Shown here one piece after another: positions 1 to 9,776 of a stretch of DNA of 64,000 nt; within the stretch, counting starts at the first letter, position 1, and the number at the start of each line of letters is the position of its first letter. The notes beneath the pieces were generated by a model, which saw only the letters and a program-made list of their open reading frames with translations, had not been told where the DNA came from and did not search any database. The translations under genes were made by a program, and so were the position numbers. Source of the stretch: a virus; the IMG/VR virus record IMGVR_UViG_3300048999_000192, positions 32,001-96,000 of that record. One strand, written 5' to 3'.

Positions 1-1
1 G

Positions 2-103
2 CCCGTCACCAAGACGGCCGCCGCCGACCAGCCCTGGACGCCGGAGGACGATGACGAGCTCGCCAAGGAGAGCTCGCGCGGCGAGACCGCCGACGAGGAG
101 TAG
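2..103 (+). CDS. 3' end of an upstream ORF (acidic C-terminus), truncated by the window edge
   Basis: Open frame PVTKTAAADQPW...ADEE ending at TAG 101-103, just before the next ATG. Confidence 0.6.
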   Translation, partial: PVTKTAAADQPWTPEDDDELAKESSRGETADEE

Positions 104-106
104 CGC

Positions 107-967
107 ATGGGCTTCCGGGAGTCGCTCGATCTGAGCGTCATCGTCAAGGACTACGAGGCCTTCGGGGGCACGGCACCGCGTCCGGCGACAGCGATCCCCA
201 TCCCCGAGGAAGCCTCTCCGATCCCGAGGCACCCGGTGGCCTATGGCCTGCGGGGGACGCTGGCGGCCAGCTCCTGCATGGGGCTGGCGCCGTTCCGTCC
301 GATCGTCTGGGACACCAACGGCTACTACCGTGCCCTCGGTGTGCGCACCGACGCGACCAGGAAGGAGCTCAGGGAGGCCTACCAGGCCTGCAGGGGCGAT
401 GAGAGCGTCTGGGTGACCTACGCCTTCAGCCAGCTCCTGAACGAGGCCGTGCGGCGCTCCTATGACGCCACGCCGCTCGGTGAGCTGTTCCTGGACGAGT
501 ACGTCGAGGCCGACATGAAGAAGCGGGCCGCAGCCGAGGCGGGCCGCCGTACGGCCGAGGCGGGCGAGCCGATCAAGGCCGAGACCGTTCTGGGCGAATG
601 GGGCTATGACCTCATCCCGGATGAAACCTCATCCGAGTCGGGTGAACTGGAACAGCTTGACAACCCGCCCCCGCCCAAGCAGGATTGGCGCTACCAAGAA
701 ATCTGGGGGTGGGGGTACTACCTCTGGAGGACGCGGGACTTCGACATCTTCCAGCTCCGGGACTGGCAGTCCCTGCTTGTCGCAGAACTGTCGGCACGGG
801 GATGTAGCGTCCGGTTCGCAGTCGGGATCGGCGGTGAGATCGAAGGGGGAGTGGGCTTCAACTACGGGGATCATTTTGTTTTCTTCATCCCCGCGCTGAC
901 CCTCCCGACCGAGGAGATGGCCTTTCAGGTCGTCGAGCATTTCCTCAAAGCGACCCAAAGCGACTAA
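107..967 (+). CDS. DnaJ/J-domain-like protein lacking the HPD motif
   Basis: YYRALGVRTDATRKELREAY...LLNEAVRRSYD matches J-domain helices; GAGGAG RBS. Confidence 0.7.
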   Translation: MGFRESLDLSVIVKDYEAFGGTAPRPATAIPIPEEASPIPRHPVAYGLRGTLAASSCMGLAPFRPIVWDTNGYYRALGVRTDATRKELREAYQACRGDESVWVTYAFSQLLNEAVRRSYDATPLGELFLDEYVEADMKKRAAAEAGRRTAEAGEPIKAETVLGEWGYDLIPDETSSESGELEQLDNPPPPKQDWRYQEIWGWGYYLWRTRDFDIFQLRDWQSLLVAELSARGCSVRFAVGIGGEIEGGVGFNYGDHFVFFIPALTLPTEEMAFQVVEHFLKATQSD

Positions 968-997
968 AAGCGAACAACGAGCGAAAGCGAACCGCAC

Positions 998-1957
998 ATG
1001 ACGGAAATGCCCTTCGGCACCGGTGGTGACGAGGCTGAGGAGGCTGGCCGGTCGAGTTTCGACAAGGTCAGGTACTTCTCCCTGAAGAACAAGGGTGACC
1101 AGGCGATCATCCGCATGCTCACCGAGCAGAACGTGTGGCCCTACACCCAGCAGCACGGGTTCGTCCCGACGAAGGCCGCCCCCTCCGATCTCAAGGAGGG
1201 CGTGAAGTGGCCCAAGACGATGCCCGCCATCTGCCGGAACGACCCCAAGCTGGTGAAGAACCTCCCCGGGTTCGGTGACTGCTACATCGACTCCGCGCCC
1301 GAGTACCAGGGCAAGAACGAGTGGGGCAAGGTCATCAGCAAGACCACCGTCAAGGTGTGGGCGCTCTGCGTCATGCGTGAGTACGTTCTGGACTCCGAAG
1401 GCAACAAGATCGGCCTGCGGGACAAGACGGTCGAGATCACCGACAAGGACGGCAACACCAAGTCGGTCCTGGACATCCAGGTGATCAACATGTCCACGAA
1501 GAACTTCTTCGGGCATTTCACCGGGATGTACCACGTCTACGGCACGGTCCGCGACCGCGACTACGTCGTGACCCGCAAGGGCGAGAAGAAGGACGTCGAC
1601 TACCCGCCGGTGCCGCTCGACAAGGTCGAGATCGTCAACGAGGACGGCACCAAGTTCTTCCACCAGCCGGGTGCCCCGACGTGGAAGGTCTACGAGGACT
1701 CGATGGCCGAGCAGGGCATCGACCTGGTGAAGACCATGCTGGAGCGCTGCTCGACCGAGTACTTCAGCAAGTTCTTCGTCCCCGGCGAGGGCGAGACCCC
1801 CGCGCAGGTGGCCGAGGGCAGTGGCGAGACCGAGGCGGCCGACGAGGCTCCCAAGCCCTCCCAGGAGCGCCTGGCCAGCATCCGTGACCGCATCCGCAGT
1901 CACGGCGGCAAGGGTGAGACCGAGGACGCGGCCGAAGAGGCCCCGGCCGAGGCCTGA
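998..1957 (+). CDS. Single-stranded DNA-binding protein (gp32-like)
   Basis: YFSLKNKGDQAIIRML N-terminal pattern, acidic C-terminal tail, position just before dnaE and recA. Confidence 0.65.
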   Translation: MTEMPFGTGGDEAEEAGRSSFDKVRYFSLKNKGDQAIIRMLTEQNVWPYTQQHGFVPTKAAPSDLKEGVKWPKTMPAICRNDPKLVKNLPGFGDCYIDSAPEYQGKNEWGKVISKTTVKVWALCVMREYVLDSEGNKIGLRDKTVEITDKDGNTKSVLDIQVINMSTKNFFGHFTGMYHVYGTVRDRDYVVTRKGEKKDVDYPPVPLDKVEIVNEDGTKFFHQPGAPTWKVYEDSMAEQGIDLVKTMLERCSTEYFSKFFVPGEGETPAQVAEGSGETEAADEAPKPSQERLASIRDRIRSHGGKGETEDAAEEAPAEA

Positions 1958-1969
1958 TCAGGTAGCGCG

Positions 1970-2007
1970 CGACGCCCCGCTGGCTCTGTCGAGTCGGCGG
2001 GGCGTCG
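1970..2007 (+). terminator. GC-rich hairpin between the SSB gene and dnaE
   Basis: CGACGCCCCGC ... GCGGGGCGTCG inverted repeat. Confidence 0.5.
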
Positions 2008-2025
2008 TCGCCCGATGGGAGTCGC

Positions 2026-5000
2026 ATGCTGCACCTGATCCAGACCCTGCATTCCAACACCGTCGTGGTCATCGACGGCCAGAGCCTGCCCGACCACTGC
2101 CTGGTCGAGGACGATGAGGGCCTGCGCTGGTACGTGCTGCCGGACGCCGAGACCGTTGACGTACGTTCCTGGGCGAGTGCCTATGCCGGGGGCGCGGCCG
2201 GGTTGGTCCACCCCGCCCCACTGCGGGCCATGCTCACCGAGACCTTTACGGAGCGTCGCCAGGAGGCCCAGACGGTCTTCAAGCTCGCCCCCGAGGTGTG
2301 GACCCCCCTCGCCCGCTTTCCTCGCTACCTGGAGCTCCTGAGCGCCGTGCAGACGGCCCCTGAGCCTCGGCCCTCGGGCGGGTTCGTCCAACTGCACACC
2401 CACGCCGAGTACAGCCCCATGGACGGCCTGTCGACGATCCCCGAGCTCGTCAAGACCGTCGCCGAGGACGGCAACACCTCCCTCGCCCTCACCGACCACG
2501 GCACCTGCGCCGGGCACCCGACCCTGCAGCGCGAGTGTGAGAAGGCCGAGCTGGCACCGATCTTCGGGATGGAGGCCTACTTCATCGACGACCGGCTGTA
2601 CCGGCCGGACAAGGGCGATGAGGAGGGCGTCAAGCGCCGCCGGGCCTACAACCATCTGATCCTGCTGGCCAAGGACGATCAGGGCCTGCGCAACCTGTGG
2701 GCGCTGAGCACCGAGGGCTACCGCGACGGCTTCTACCACAAGCCCTGCATCGACTGGGACTCCCTGAGCCGTCTGCACGAGGGCGTCATCGCCACTTCGG
2801 CCTGCCTGGGCGGCCCGATCTCCCGGCTCCTGCTGGACGGCAAGGACACCCTGGCCCGCCAGCGCCTGGGCCGCCTCCTGGACATCTTCGGCGAGGACTT
2901 CTACATCGAGATCCAGCCCTCGGAGCTGGACGAGCAGATCCGGCTGAACCCGATGCTGATCAAGCTCGCGCATGACCTGTCCGTACCGGTCGTGGTGGCC
3001 GCCGACGGCCACTACCCGACCGCCGCCGACAAGCAGGCCCATGACCTCTGGCTGGCCTGCCAGACCGGGCCGAACAACGAGAACTACTGGCACTTCGACC
3101 ACTCCATGGGCGAGGCGGAGGCACGTAAGCGGCTGAGCTACCTCGATCCACAGGCTGTGGACGAGGCTGTGCACAACACCGTCCGGATCGCCGAGCAGTG
3201 CACCGCGCGCATCACCCCCAAGCCCAAGACCCCCGTCTTCGCGAAGAAGGGCGGCCACGACGCCGACGTCCAGCGGCTGCTGGACATCTGCCTGGCCAAC
3301 TGGTCCAAGATCGCCGACAAGCCCGACCAGGAGGCGTACGAGGCCCGCTTTGAGCAGGAGATGAAGCTCCTGATCGACAAGGACTTCTGCGGGTACTTCC
3401 TGCTGGTCTGGGACTATGTCAACTGGGCCAAGGGCGAGGGCATCCTGGTCGGCCCCGGGCGCGGCTCCGGCGGTGGCTCGCTGGTCGCCTACCTGGCCAA
3501 CATCACCGAGCTGGACCCGATCGAGTACGACCTGATGTTCGAGCGGTTCCTGACCAAGGGCCGCACCTCGCTGCCTGACTTCGACATCGACTTCCCGGCA
3601 TCCCGCCGGGCCATGCTGCAGGACCACCTGGGCGACCGGCACGGCAAGAGCCACGTCATGCGGGTCGGCACCCACCTGAGGTACGCCTCCAAGGGCGTGC
3701 TCGGCAAGCTGTTCTCGGTGCTCGCCGATGAGCTCCCGGAGACCTCGTTCGTCGACAAGAAGGCGATCAGCGACCTGATCAAGGAGGCCGAGGCCAGCAC
3801 CGCCGGACTGGGGCTGTCCTGGGAGGAGCTGTGGATCCAGCAGGGCGACGTCCTGGAGCCGTACCGGCAGAAGTACCCCAAGGTCTTCCAGTACGCCGAG
3901 ATCCTCGTGGACCGGCTCTACTCCTACGGCAAGCACGCCGCCGGGATGGTGGTCTCCACCGACGAGCCGCTGGACGACCGCTGGCCGATGCGCCGGGACG
4001 AGGACGGGGAGAACATGATCTCCCAGTTCGAGTTCCCCGACCTGGAGTGGCTCTGGCTGATCAAGCTCGACCTGCTGACCCTGCGCACCCTGGACACCGT
4101 CCAGGACACGATCGACATGATCGCCGAGCGGCGCGGCGTCAAGATCAACGTCTACGACTGGGACGAGGAGCTGCGCGACCCGCAGGTCTGGGAGGAGATC
4201 GGCGCGGGCAACACCCTGGGCATCTTCCAGATCGAGACCAAGTCCGGCACCAAGCTGTGCCAGCGGATGAAGCCCCAGTCGATCTCTGATCTGGCCGACG
4301 TCGGCTCCATCGTCCGGCCGGGCCCCACCCGCTCGGGCCTGACGGAGGCCTACCTCCGGCGGCGTGCCGGAGATGAGCCGGTCACCTTCCCGGACCCTCG
4401 CATGGAGGAGTTCCTGGGCAAGACCTACGGCTGCATGATCTACCAGGAGGACATCCTCACCGCCTGCATCGTGCTGGCCGGGTACGACGGCGACGAGGCC
4501 GACCAGGTCCGCAAGATCCTCGGCAAGAAGAAGGTCGAGCAGGTCGCCGCCGCCGGGCAGAAGTTCATCGCCGCCTGCGTCAAGAACGGCATGGAGACGG
4601 CCGCCGCAGAGCACCTGTGGGCCCAGATGGCCGAGTTCGCCAAGTACGGCTTCAACCGTGCCCATGCGACCGCCTACGCCCTCGTCAGCTACTGGACGGC
4701 CTGGTTCAAGGTCCACTACCCCGTCGAGTACCTCACGGCCATCCTGACGACCGTCAAGAAGGAGCGCGCCTTCGAGTTCGTCGGCGAGGCCCGTCGGCTC
4801 GGCGTGACCGTCCTGCCGCCGGACATCAACGAGTCCGGCACCGGCTTCCGCGCGGTCTCCAACCTGGAGATCCGGTATGGACTGGAGTCGATCAAGGGCA
4901 TCGGGGAGGCGGCCGTGGCCGACCTGACGGTGGGCCAGCCGTACGCGAGCTTCGAGGACTACCTGGAGCGCAAGGGCAAGAACGCCAATGCGGGCGTCAC

Positions 5001-5712
5001 CCGGACGCTGGCCAAGATCGGCGCGTTCGACTCCCTGGTGCCGCACCGGCGCGCCCTGGTGGAGCGGCTGGAAGCCGAGCACGACGGCTCGGCGTTCACC
5101 TGCGTTCACAAGGACGAGCTCGTCGTGGTCGACATCAGCATGGGGCCGCGCCGTCTGGAGGTGCTGAGCAACGGCATCCCCTGTACCTACGACTGGGACG
5201 CCGAGCCGCCGGTGATCGGCAAGTCGGGCAAGAAGCTGAAGCTGAAGAGCGTGCCCAAGAAGTGCACCAAGGCCTGCCGGTTCTACACCCCGCCGTCGGC
5301 GGTCGACCCGGACACGATCGAGCCCTACACCGAGGAGGAGATCCGCAACATCGAGGCGGAGATGCTCGGCGGGCACCTGAGCAGCACGCCGTTCGATGCC
5401 CTTCCTCCCGATCTACGGGAGGAGTTCCGGGATGAGGCGGAAAGTATGATCACTGGCCCGGAGGGTCTGTACACTCTTGCCGGGATCGTCGCCCGTTCCA
5501 AGCCCCACAAAGACCGCAACGACCGCAAGATGGGCTTCCTGCTCCTCACCACGGAAGCCTCTGACATCGACGTGGTCGTGTTCGCGGATCACTGGGAGAA
5601 GTACTCCGCCTCGTTCACGGTGGGCTCGCTCGCCGTCTTCGAGGTGTCCAAGCGGTTCAACCCCAAGCGCGGCGAGGACGGCTACACGCTGTCCTCGTTC
5701 ATCAAGATCTAG
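2026..5712 (+). CDS. dnaE: DNA polymerase III alpha subunit (phage-encoded)
   Basis: PHP motifs LHTHAEYS and ALTDHG, GPGRGSGGGSLVAY, PDFDIDF, KLDLL, YQE, YGFNRAH, C-terminal OB fold. Confidence 0.97.
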   Translation: MLHLIQTLHSNTVVVIDGQSLPDHCLVEDDEGLRWYVLPDAETVDVRSWASAYAGGAAGLVHPAPLRAMLTETFTERRQEAQTVFKLAPEVWTPLARFPRYLELLSAVQTAPEPRPSGGFVQLHTHAEYSPMDGLSTIPELVKTVAEDGNTSLALTDHGTCAGHPTLQRECEKAELAPIFGMEAYFIDDRLYRPDKGDEEGVKRRRAYNHLILLAKDDQGLRNLWALSTEGYRDGFYHKPCIDWDSLSRLHEGVIATSACLGGPISRLLLDGKDTLARQRLGRLLDIFGEDFYIEIQPSELDEQIRLNPMLIKLAHDLSVPVVVAADGHYPTAADKQAHDLWLACQTGPNNENYWHFDHSMGEAEARKRLSYLDPQAVDEAVHNTVRIAEQCTARITPKPKTPVFAKKGGHDADVQRLLDICLANWSKIADKPDQEAYEARFEQEMKLLIDKDFCGYFLLVWDYVNWAKGEGILVGPGRGSGGGSLVAYLANITELDPIEYDLMFERFLTKGRTSLPDFDIDFPASRRAMLQDHLGDRHGKSHVMRVGTHLRYASKGVLGKLFSVLADELPETSFVDKKAISDLIKEAEASTAGLGLSWEELWIQQGDVLEPYRQKYPKVFQYAEILVDRLYSYGKHAAGMVVSTDEPLDDRWPMRRDEDGENMISQFEFPDLEWLWLIKLDLLTLRTLDTVQDTIDMIAERRGVKINVYDWDEELRDPQVWEEIGAGNTLGIFQIETKSGTKLCQRMKPQSISDLADVGSIVRPGPTRSGLTEAYLRRRAGDEPVTFPDPRMEEFLGKTYGCMIYQEDILTACIVLAGYDGDEADQVRKILGKKKVEQVAAAGQKFIAACVKNGMETAAAEHLWAQMAEFAKYGFNRAHATAYALVSYWTAWFKVHYPVEYLTAILTTVKKERAFEFVGEARRLGVTVLPPDINESGTGFRAVSNLEIRYGLESIKGIGEAAVADLTVGQPYASFEDYLERKGKNANAGVTRTLAKIGAFDSLVPHRRALVERLEAEHDGSAFTCVHKDELVVVDISMGPRRLEVLSNGIPCTYDWDAEPPVIGKSGKKLKLKSVPKKCTKACRFYTPPSAVDPDTIEPYTEEEIRNIEAEMLGGHLSSTPFDALPPDLREEFRDEAESMITGPEGLYTLAGIVARSKPHKDRNDRKMGFLLLTTEASDIDVVVFADHWEKYSASFTVGSLAVFEVSKRFNPKRGEDGYTLSSFIKI

Positions 5713-5720
5713 GAGTCGCG

Positions 5721-6755
5721 TTGGCCAAGAGCGGGCTCGAAAAGCTGAAGGAAAACCTCGCCAAGAACTACGGCGACGCACGCACCTCGGTGCCGACCGC
5801 CGCCGTGCCGCAGTACACCGTCACCACCACCGGCTCTCTCACGCTCGACTACGCCCTGGGGGTCGGCGGCTGGGTCGGCGGCCGGATGCACGAGATCGTC
5901 GGCGTCGAGGGGGTCGGTAAGACCACCCTGACCCTGCGCTCCCTGGCGGCGCTGCAGCGGGCCTACCCCGACAAGGCCGTGGCCTACATCGACATGGAAC
6001 AGACCTTCGACGTCCGCTGGGCCATCGCCAACGGCCTGGACCTGGACCCCGACCGGTTCCTGCCGCTGCAGCCCGACCACGCCGAGGACGTCTCGGACAT
6101 GCTCCGTGCGGTCTGCTACGAGGGCGACGTCTGCGGAGTGGCCGTCGACTCGATCGGCGGCATGGAGTCCAAGAAGGCCCTGGAGAAGGAGGCCGAGGAG
6201 GTGACGATGGGCAAGAACGCCCAGGTCATCACCCGGATGGTCAAGAGCACCGCGACGCTGGCCCGGCAGAACAACATCACCGTTCTGCTGGTCAACCAGT
6301 ACCGGGCCAACATCGCCTCTCCCAAGGGTGGCGACATCTCCGCCGGACCCAAGGCCCTGCGGTACGCCACCTCCACCAAGGTGGCCATGCGCAAGACCGG
6401 GGAGCCCGCCGTCCGGCTCAAGATCAACGGGCAGGAGGAGGAGGTCTCCCGGCAGGTGCGCGCCCGCGTCGAGCGCAACAAGGTCGCCCCCCAAGGCCGG
6501 GTCGCCACCTTCTGGATCTGCAACCAGGAGGTGGCCGACGCCCACCTGAGCGTCGGCATCGACATGGCCGACGAGGCGATCTCGCTGGGCACCATGACCG
6601 GTGTCATCGGCCAGCGCGGGGCCTGGTACGACCTGCCCTCGGGTCAGAAGTGCAACGGCCGCGCCGCCGCGCTGGAGACCCTCCGCAAGGACCCCAGCGC
6701 GGTCGAGAGCGTCCGTGACGCCGCCCTGGCGCTGCTGAAGCCGGTGACCGCATGA
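5721..6755 (+). CDS. recA: RecA-like recombinase
   Basis: TTGSLTLDYALGVGG, Walker A GVEGVGKTT, YIDMEQ, VDSIG, VNQYR, RNKVAP. Confidence 0.95.
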   Translation: MAKSGLEKLKENLAKNYGDARTSVPTAAVPQYTVTTTGSLTLDYALGVGGWVGGRMHEIVGVEGVGKTTLTLRSLAALQRAYPDKAVAYIDMEQTFDVRWAIANGLDLDPDRFLPLQPDHAEDVSDMLRAVCYEGDVCGVAVDSIGGMESKKALEKEAEEVTMGKNAQVITRMVKSTATLARQNNITVLLVNQYRANIASPKGGDISAGPKALRYATSTKVAMRKTGEPAVRLKINGQEEEVSRQVRARVERNKVAPQGRVATFWICNQEVADAHLSVGIDMADEAISLGTMTGVIGQRGAWYDLPSGQKCNGRAAALETLRKDPSAVESVRDAALALLKPVTA

Positions 6756-7171
6756 GCCCCGTGCTGCAGGGTCTGGCAGTGACCTTGCTGATCATCTCCT
6801 TCATCCTCGCCGTGGTCGCCATCATCGGCGAGGTCATCCTGCTGCGCCGGGTCGACGCCCTGACGGCGCTGCCCGCCACCCGTCGGGCCGCCCAGCAGGC
6901 GCTCGTCGAGGAGTCAGCCCCCGAGACGCTGCAGGAGTGGGAGGAGGCCTGGCAGGGCGACTCCCGCCCGCAGGCGCGCAAGGCGATCCCGGCCGACCCG
7001 GACGACATGCCCCGGCCCTGGAAGTTCAACGGGCCGCCGAACAAGCGGAAGTGCCACTGCCACGGTCGCTTCCTCGTGCCGGGCGAGGAGATCATCTGGT
7101 GGCCGCGCCCGGACCTGGCCGAAGGAGCCGTCGAGCTCTATCACTTCGACTCCCTGGAGGGGCGCGCGTGA
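6752..7171 (+). CDS. Hypothetical protein with an N-terminal TM helix
   Basis: ATGA overlap with recA; hydrophobic N-terminus; CHCH motif. Confidence 0.6.
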   Translation: MSPVLQGLAVTLLIISFILAVVAIIGEVILLRRVDALTALPATRRAAQQALVEESAPETLQEWEEAWQGDSRPQARKAIPADPDDMPRPWKFNGPPNKRKCHCHGRFLVPGEEIIWWPRPDLAEGAVELYHFDSLEGRA

Positions 7172-7575
7172 AACCCATCGGCGGCGGCCTGGACCGCAAG
7201 AAGATGTCCGCCAAGCACGAGAAGGACGTGGCCGGGCTGCTCGGCGGCCGGGTCCCCCGGGGCTCGGGCAACCAGTGGCACAACCCCACCGACGGGGTGA
7301 ACCCCCACGGTGGGACGTTCGCCTTCTCCTGGGACTGCAAAGCCACCCTGGCCAACAGCTTCTCCCTGACCCGGATGACCTGGTCGAAGATCAAGGAGCA
7401 GGCGAGCGGCCTGCGCCCGGCGGTGCCGGTGCGCTTCTACGACGACTTCACCTTCCGTACCTACGTCGACCTGATCGTGGTCGACCTGAACGACTTCGTG
7501 GAGATGAAGAACCGGATCACCGAGCTGACGGCCGAGGTCGAGCGGCTGCAGCGCGGGCAGGAGGCGATCTTCTGA
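7168..7575 (+). CDS. PD-(D/E)XK nuclease, Holliday-junction-resolvase-like
   Basis: GTG start after GGAGG; HEKDVA..GG..RGSGN..DG..WDCKAT pattern. Confidence 0.65.
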   Translation: MKPIGGGLDRKKMSAKHEKDVAGLLGGRVPRGSGNQWHNPTDGVNPHGGTFAFSWDCKATLANSFSLTRMTWSKIKEQASGLRPAVPVRFYDDFTFRTYVDLIVVDLNDFVEMKNRITELTAEVERLQRGQEAIF

Positions 7576-7943
7576 TGATCAAGTACACGATTCAGATCCG
7601 CACGGATTACCGGCCGTGGTGGGCGCCCTGGCGTAAGCGGGTGCCGTTCGAGTACCGCACCTGGCGGAACGACCGCCGGGTGAACGACATCTTCAACATC
7701 GAGCTCTTCCGCTCGATCTGCGAGCCCCCCTCGATCAAGCTGAACGGCATCCAGGTGAAGTGCGCCGATGTCTGGGTCGACGGGGTGCTCTACATGCAGG
7801 TGCCGGACGCGACCGCCTCGCTGACCAACAGCGAGTTCCACATCGCGGGCGACGGCAAGGAGATCACCACCTACGACTACGCGGCGGAGCCGGATATCGC
7901 CAACCACATCTACTGGCCGAAGGAGTTCGAGGACCGTGGCTGA
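7575..7943 (+). CDS. Hypothetical protein
   Basis: TGATG coupling, GGAGG RBS, phage-like codon usage. Confidence 0.6.
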   Translation: MIKYTIQIRTDYRPWWAPWRKRVPFEYRTWRNDRRVNDIFNIELFRSICEPPSIKLNGIQVKCADVWVDGVLYMQVPDATASLTNSEFHIAGDGKEITTYDYAAEPDIANHIYWPKEFEDRG

Positions 7944-8193
7944 AGACCCGTCTAAGGCCCTTACCGAGGAATACGACCCGTACGCCATCCGGGACGACCC
8001 GGATGCGCACCCGACGCACAAGATGTACGCGGAGATCAACATCGGCGTGCTGGAGCGGGGTGAGATCTGGTCCAAGTGCGCCAACTGCGGTACCCCGTAC
8101 GAGCTCACCGAGGCGTGGAGCAACGACACGGTGTGCGGCAAGCCGTGCTTCAACGACTATGCCGCCTACCTGAACAATCCGGGGGCCTGGTGA
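7936..8193 (+). CDS. Small Zn-finger-like hypothetical protein
   Basis: CANC...CGKPC; overlaps both neighbouring genes. Confidence 0.6.
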   Translation: MAEDPSKALTEEYDPYAIRDDPDAHPTHKMYAEINIGVLERGEIWSKCANCGTPYELTEAWSNDTVCGKPCFNDYAAYLNNPGAW

Positions 8194-8993
8194 GCCCCTC
8201 CCCCTTCGCCACGATGGCGGACATGGCCAGCAACAACCTGGTCCTGAAGCCGCTGCTGTACCGCTACTTCCACGAGGCGCAGTTCCCCGACGAGTTCACG
8301 ATCACCTACAAGAAGGGGCAGCTCGGCGACCGGGGGCCGGACGGCTGGTTCCATCCCTCCGAGCACCCCCTGATGACCGAGCGCCAGCTCTACTACTACC
8401 TGACCGACCCGGACGGGTACGAGGGCTGGAAGCCGGACTACGCGATGCGCATGGCCACCCTGATGGGCTCGGCGCTGCACGACTTCGTGGAGATGTGTCT
8501 GATCGACCTGGGGCTGCTCATGAAGCCCTCAGGGACCTGTGTGGCCTGCGGGCGCCCCCAGCCGTCCCGGTGCAAGGAGTTCGGGGCGATCGACCGGCAG
8601 ACGCGCTCTCGTGGCCATACAGACGGCCTGCTGAAGACCGGGAAGGGGTTCGAGCTGAAGTCGGCCCACCCCTCCACCATCCAGTCGGTCGCCGACAACG
8701 ACCTGGAGGCCTTCAAGCGGAAGTGGCCGCGCTACTGGGCCCAGCAGCAGGAGTACCAGCGGATGATGGGGCTGGAGGAGACCATCCTTCTGTTCTTCGG
8801 GATGGGCACCCCCTGGGAGATGCGCGAGTTCCTCATCCCCCGCGACCCGGTGTTCCAGTTCCAGACCGAGCAGAAGTACCTGAGGGCGCGCGAGGCCGCC
8901 GAGAAGGGCATCCGGCCGGAGGCCTGCTGCGGCCCCCGCTCCAAGATGTCCAAGGAGTGCCCGGCGACCCATTGCGAGATGAAGCGGCTGTGA
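8190..8993 (+). CDS. Cas4/RecB-like PD-(D/E)XK exonuclease
   Basis: FHPSE, GSALH, GHTDG, FELKS, YxxQxxxY and C-terminal Cys cluster. Confidence 0.8.
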   Translation: MSPSPFATMADMASNNLVLKPLLYRYFHEAQFPDEFTITYKKGQLGDRGPDGWFHPSEHPLMTERQLYYYLTDPDGYEGWKPDYAMRMATLMGSALHDFVEMCLIDLGLLMKPSGTCVACGRPQPSRCKEFGAIDRQTRSRGHTDGLLKTGKGFELKSAHPSTIQSVADNDLEAFKRKWPRYWAQQQEYQRMMGLEETILLFFGMGTPWEMREFLIPRDPVFQFQTEQKYLRAREAAEKGIRPEACCGPRSKMSKECPATHCEMKRL

Positions 8994-9607
8994 AGGAAGA
9001 GACCGTCCGGCTGCTCCAGGATCGCCTGGGGACGTTCCGGGACAAGAACTTCAAGATCGTCGAGCCCAAGAAGCCCTGGCAGCCCCCGGAGATGGAGGAC
9101 TTCGCCTGGGACTGCCGCGTGCAGTCGATGGACCAGAGCCTCACCAACTTCGGCCTCGTCCGGTTCGCGATCGAGGACGGCGAGGTGATCATGCTGGACA
9201 GGGACACGATCCGCCCCGAGCGGCACCCTGAGCTGATCACCTTCGCCGAACACTACGAGCTGGCCTGGACGCTGGAGACCCACCTGCTCAAGGTGCTCTT
9301 CCCGCACGAGACGGTCATCGAGATGCCGCCGGTCTTCGGCAACCGGACCGAGTCGATCCTGCTGTCCGGCTACGCCGTCTACGCCGCCTGCAAGGAGGTC
9401 GGGGCCACCTTGACGATGGTCTCCAAGAACCACGTCGGCGCGGTGCTCTGCGGCGACCAGAACGCCTCCAAGAAGCAGGTCGGTGAGGCCGTCTGCCGGT
9501 ACATCCCCGAGGCCGTCGGCCGGAAGTGGAACGAGCACACCCGTGACGCCGCTGCTCTGGGCCTGACCAGGCTGTACGACATGAAACGGGAGAGTGTCAG
9601 TGGCTGA
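8990..9607 (+). CDS. RuvC-like resolvase
   Basis: SMDQSLTNFG, VIEMP and HTRDAAALG RNase-H-fold acidic motifs. Confidence 0.75.
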   Translation: MKEETVRLLQDRLGTFRDKNFKIVEPKKPWQPPEMEDFAWDCRVQSMDQSLTNFGLVRFAIEDGEVIMLDRDTIRPERHPELITFAEHYELAWTLETHLLKVLFPHETVIEMPPVFGNRTESILLSGYAVYAACKEVGATLTMVSKNHVGAVLCGDQNASKKQVGEAVCRYIPEAVGRKWNEHTRDAAALGLTRLYDMKRESVSG

Positions 9608-9776
9608 TGGGAAGGTGGAGATCGACTTCACCGCGATCAACAATCCTCACCACGTGGCGGAGCTGATCGCGGTTGCGGTGAAGCGCGCGATGTACAGCGC
9701 CCAGGGTTACCCGCCGGAGGAGTTCGGCTGGAAGATCACCATGAACGGAGAAGTGATCGATGAATACGGACGCTGA
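9594..9776 (+). CDS. Hypothetical protein
   Basis: Short ORF coupled within the operon. Confidence 0.5.
   Translation: MSVADGKVEIDFTAINNPHHVAELIAVAVKRAMYSAQGYPPEEFGWKITMNGEVIDEYGR

Noticed and set aside
2-30. KTA motif in the truncated first ORF as a cleavage site
   Set aside because: It lies in the replication region and illustrates the chance background of the tripeptide, so isolated occurrences were not counted
1900-5376. Very long minus-strand ORFs (1900-5376, 16431-21065, 57259-59688, 13945-15807 and others)
   Set aside because: Antisense shadows of real plus-strand genes caused by high third-position GC; no recognisable motifs or RBS
8190-8993. Cas4-like gene as evidence of a CRISPR-Cas system
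   Set aside because: It is a solo nuclease inside a phage recombination module, which is common in phages
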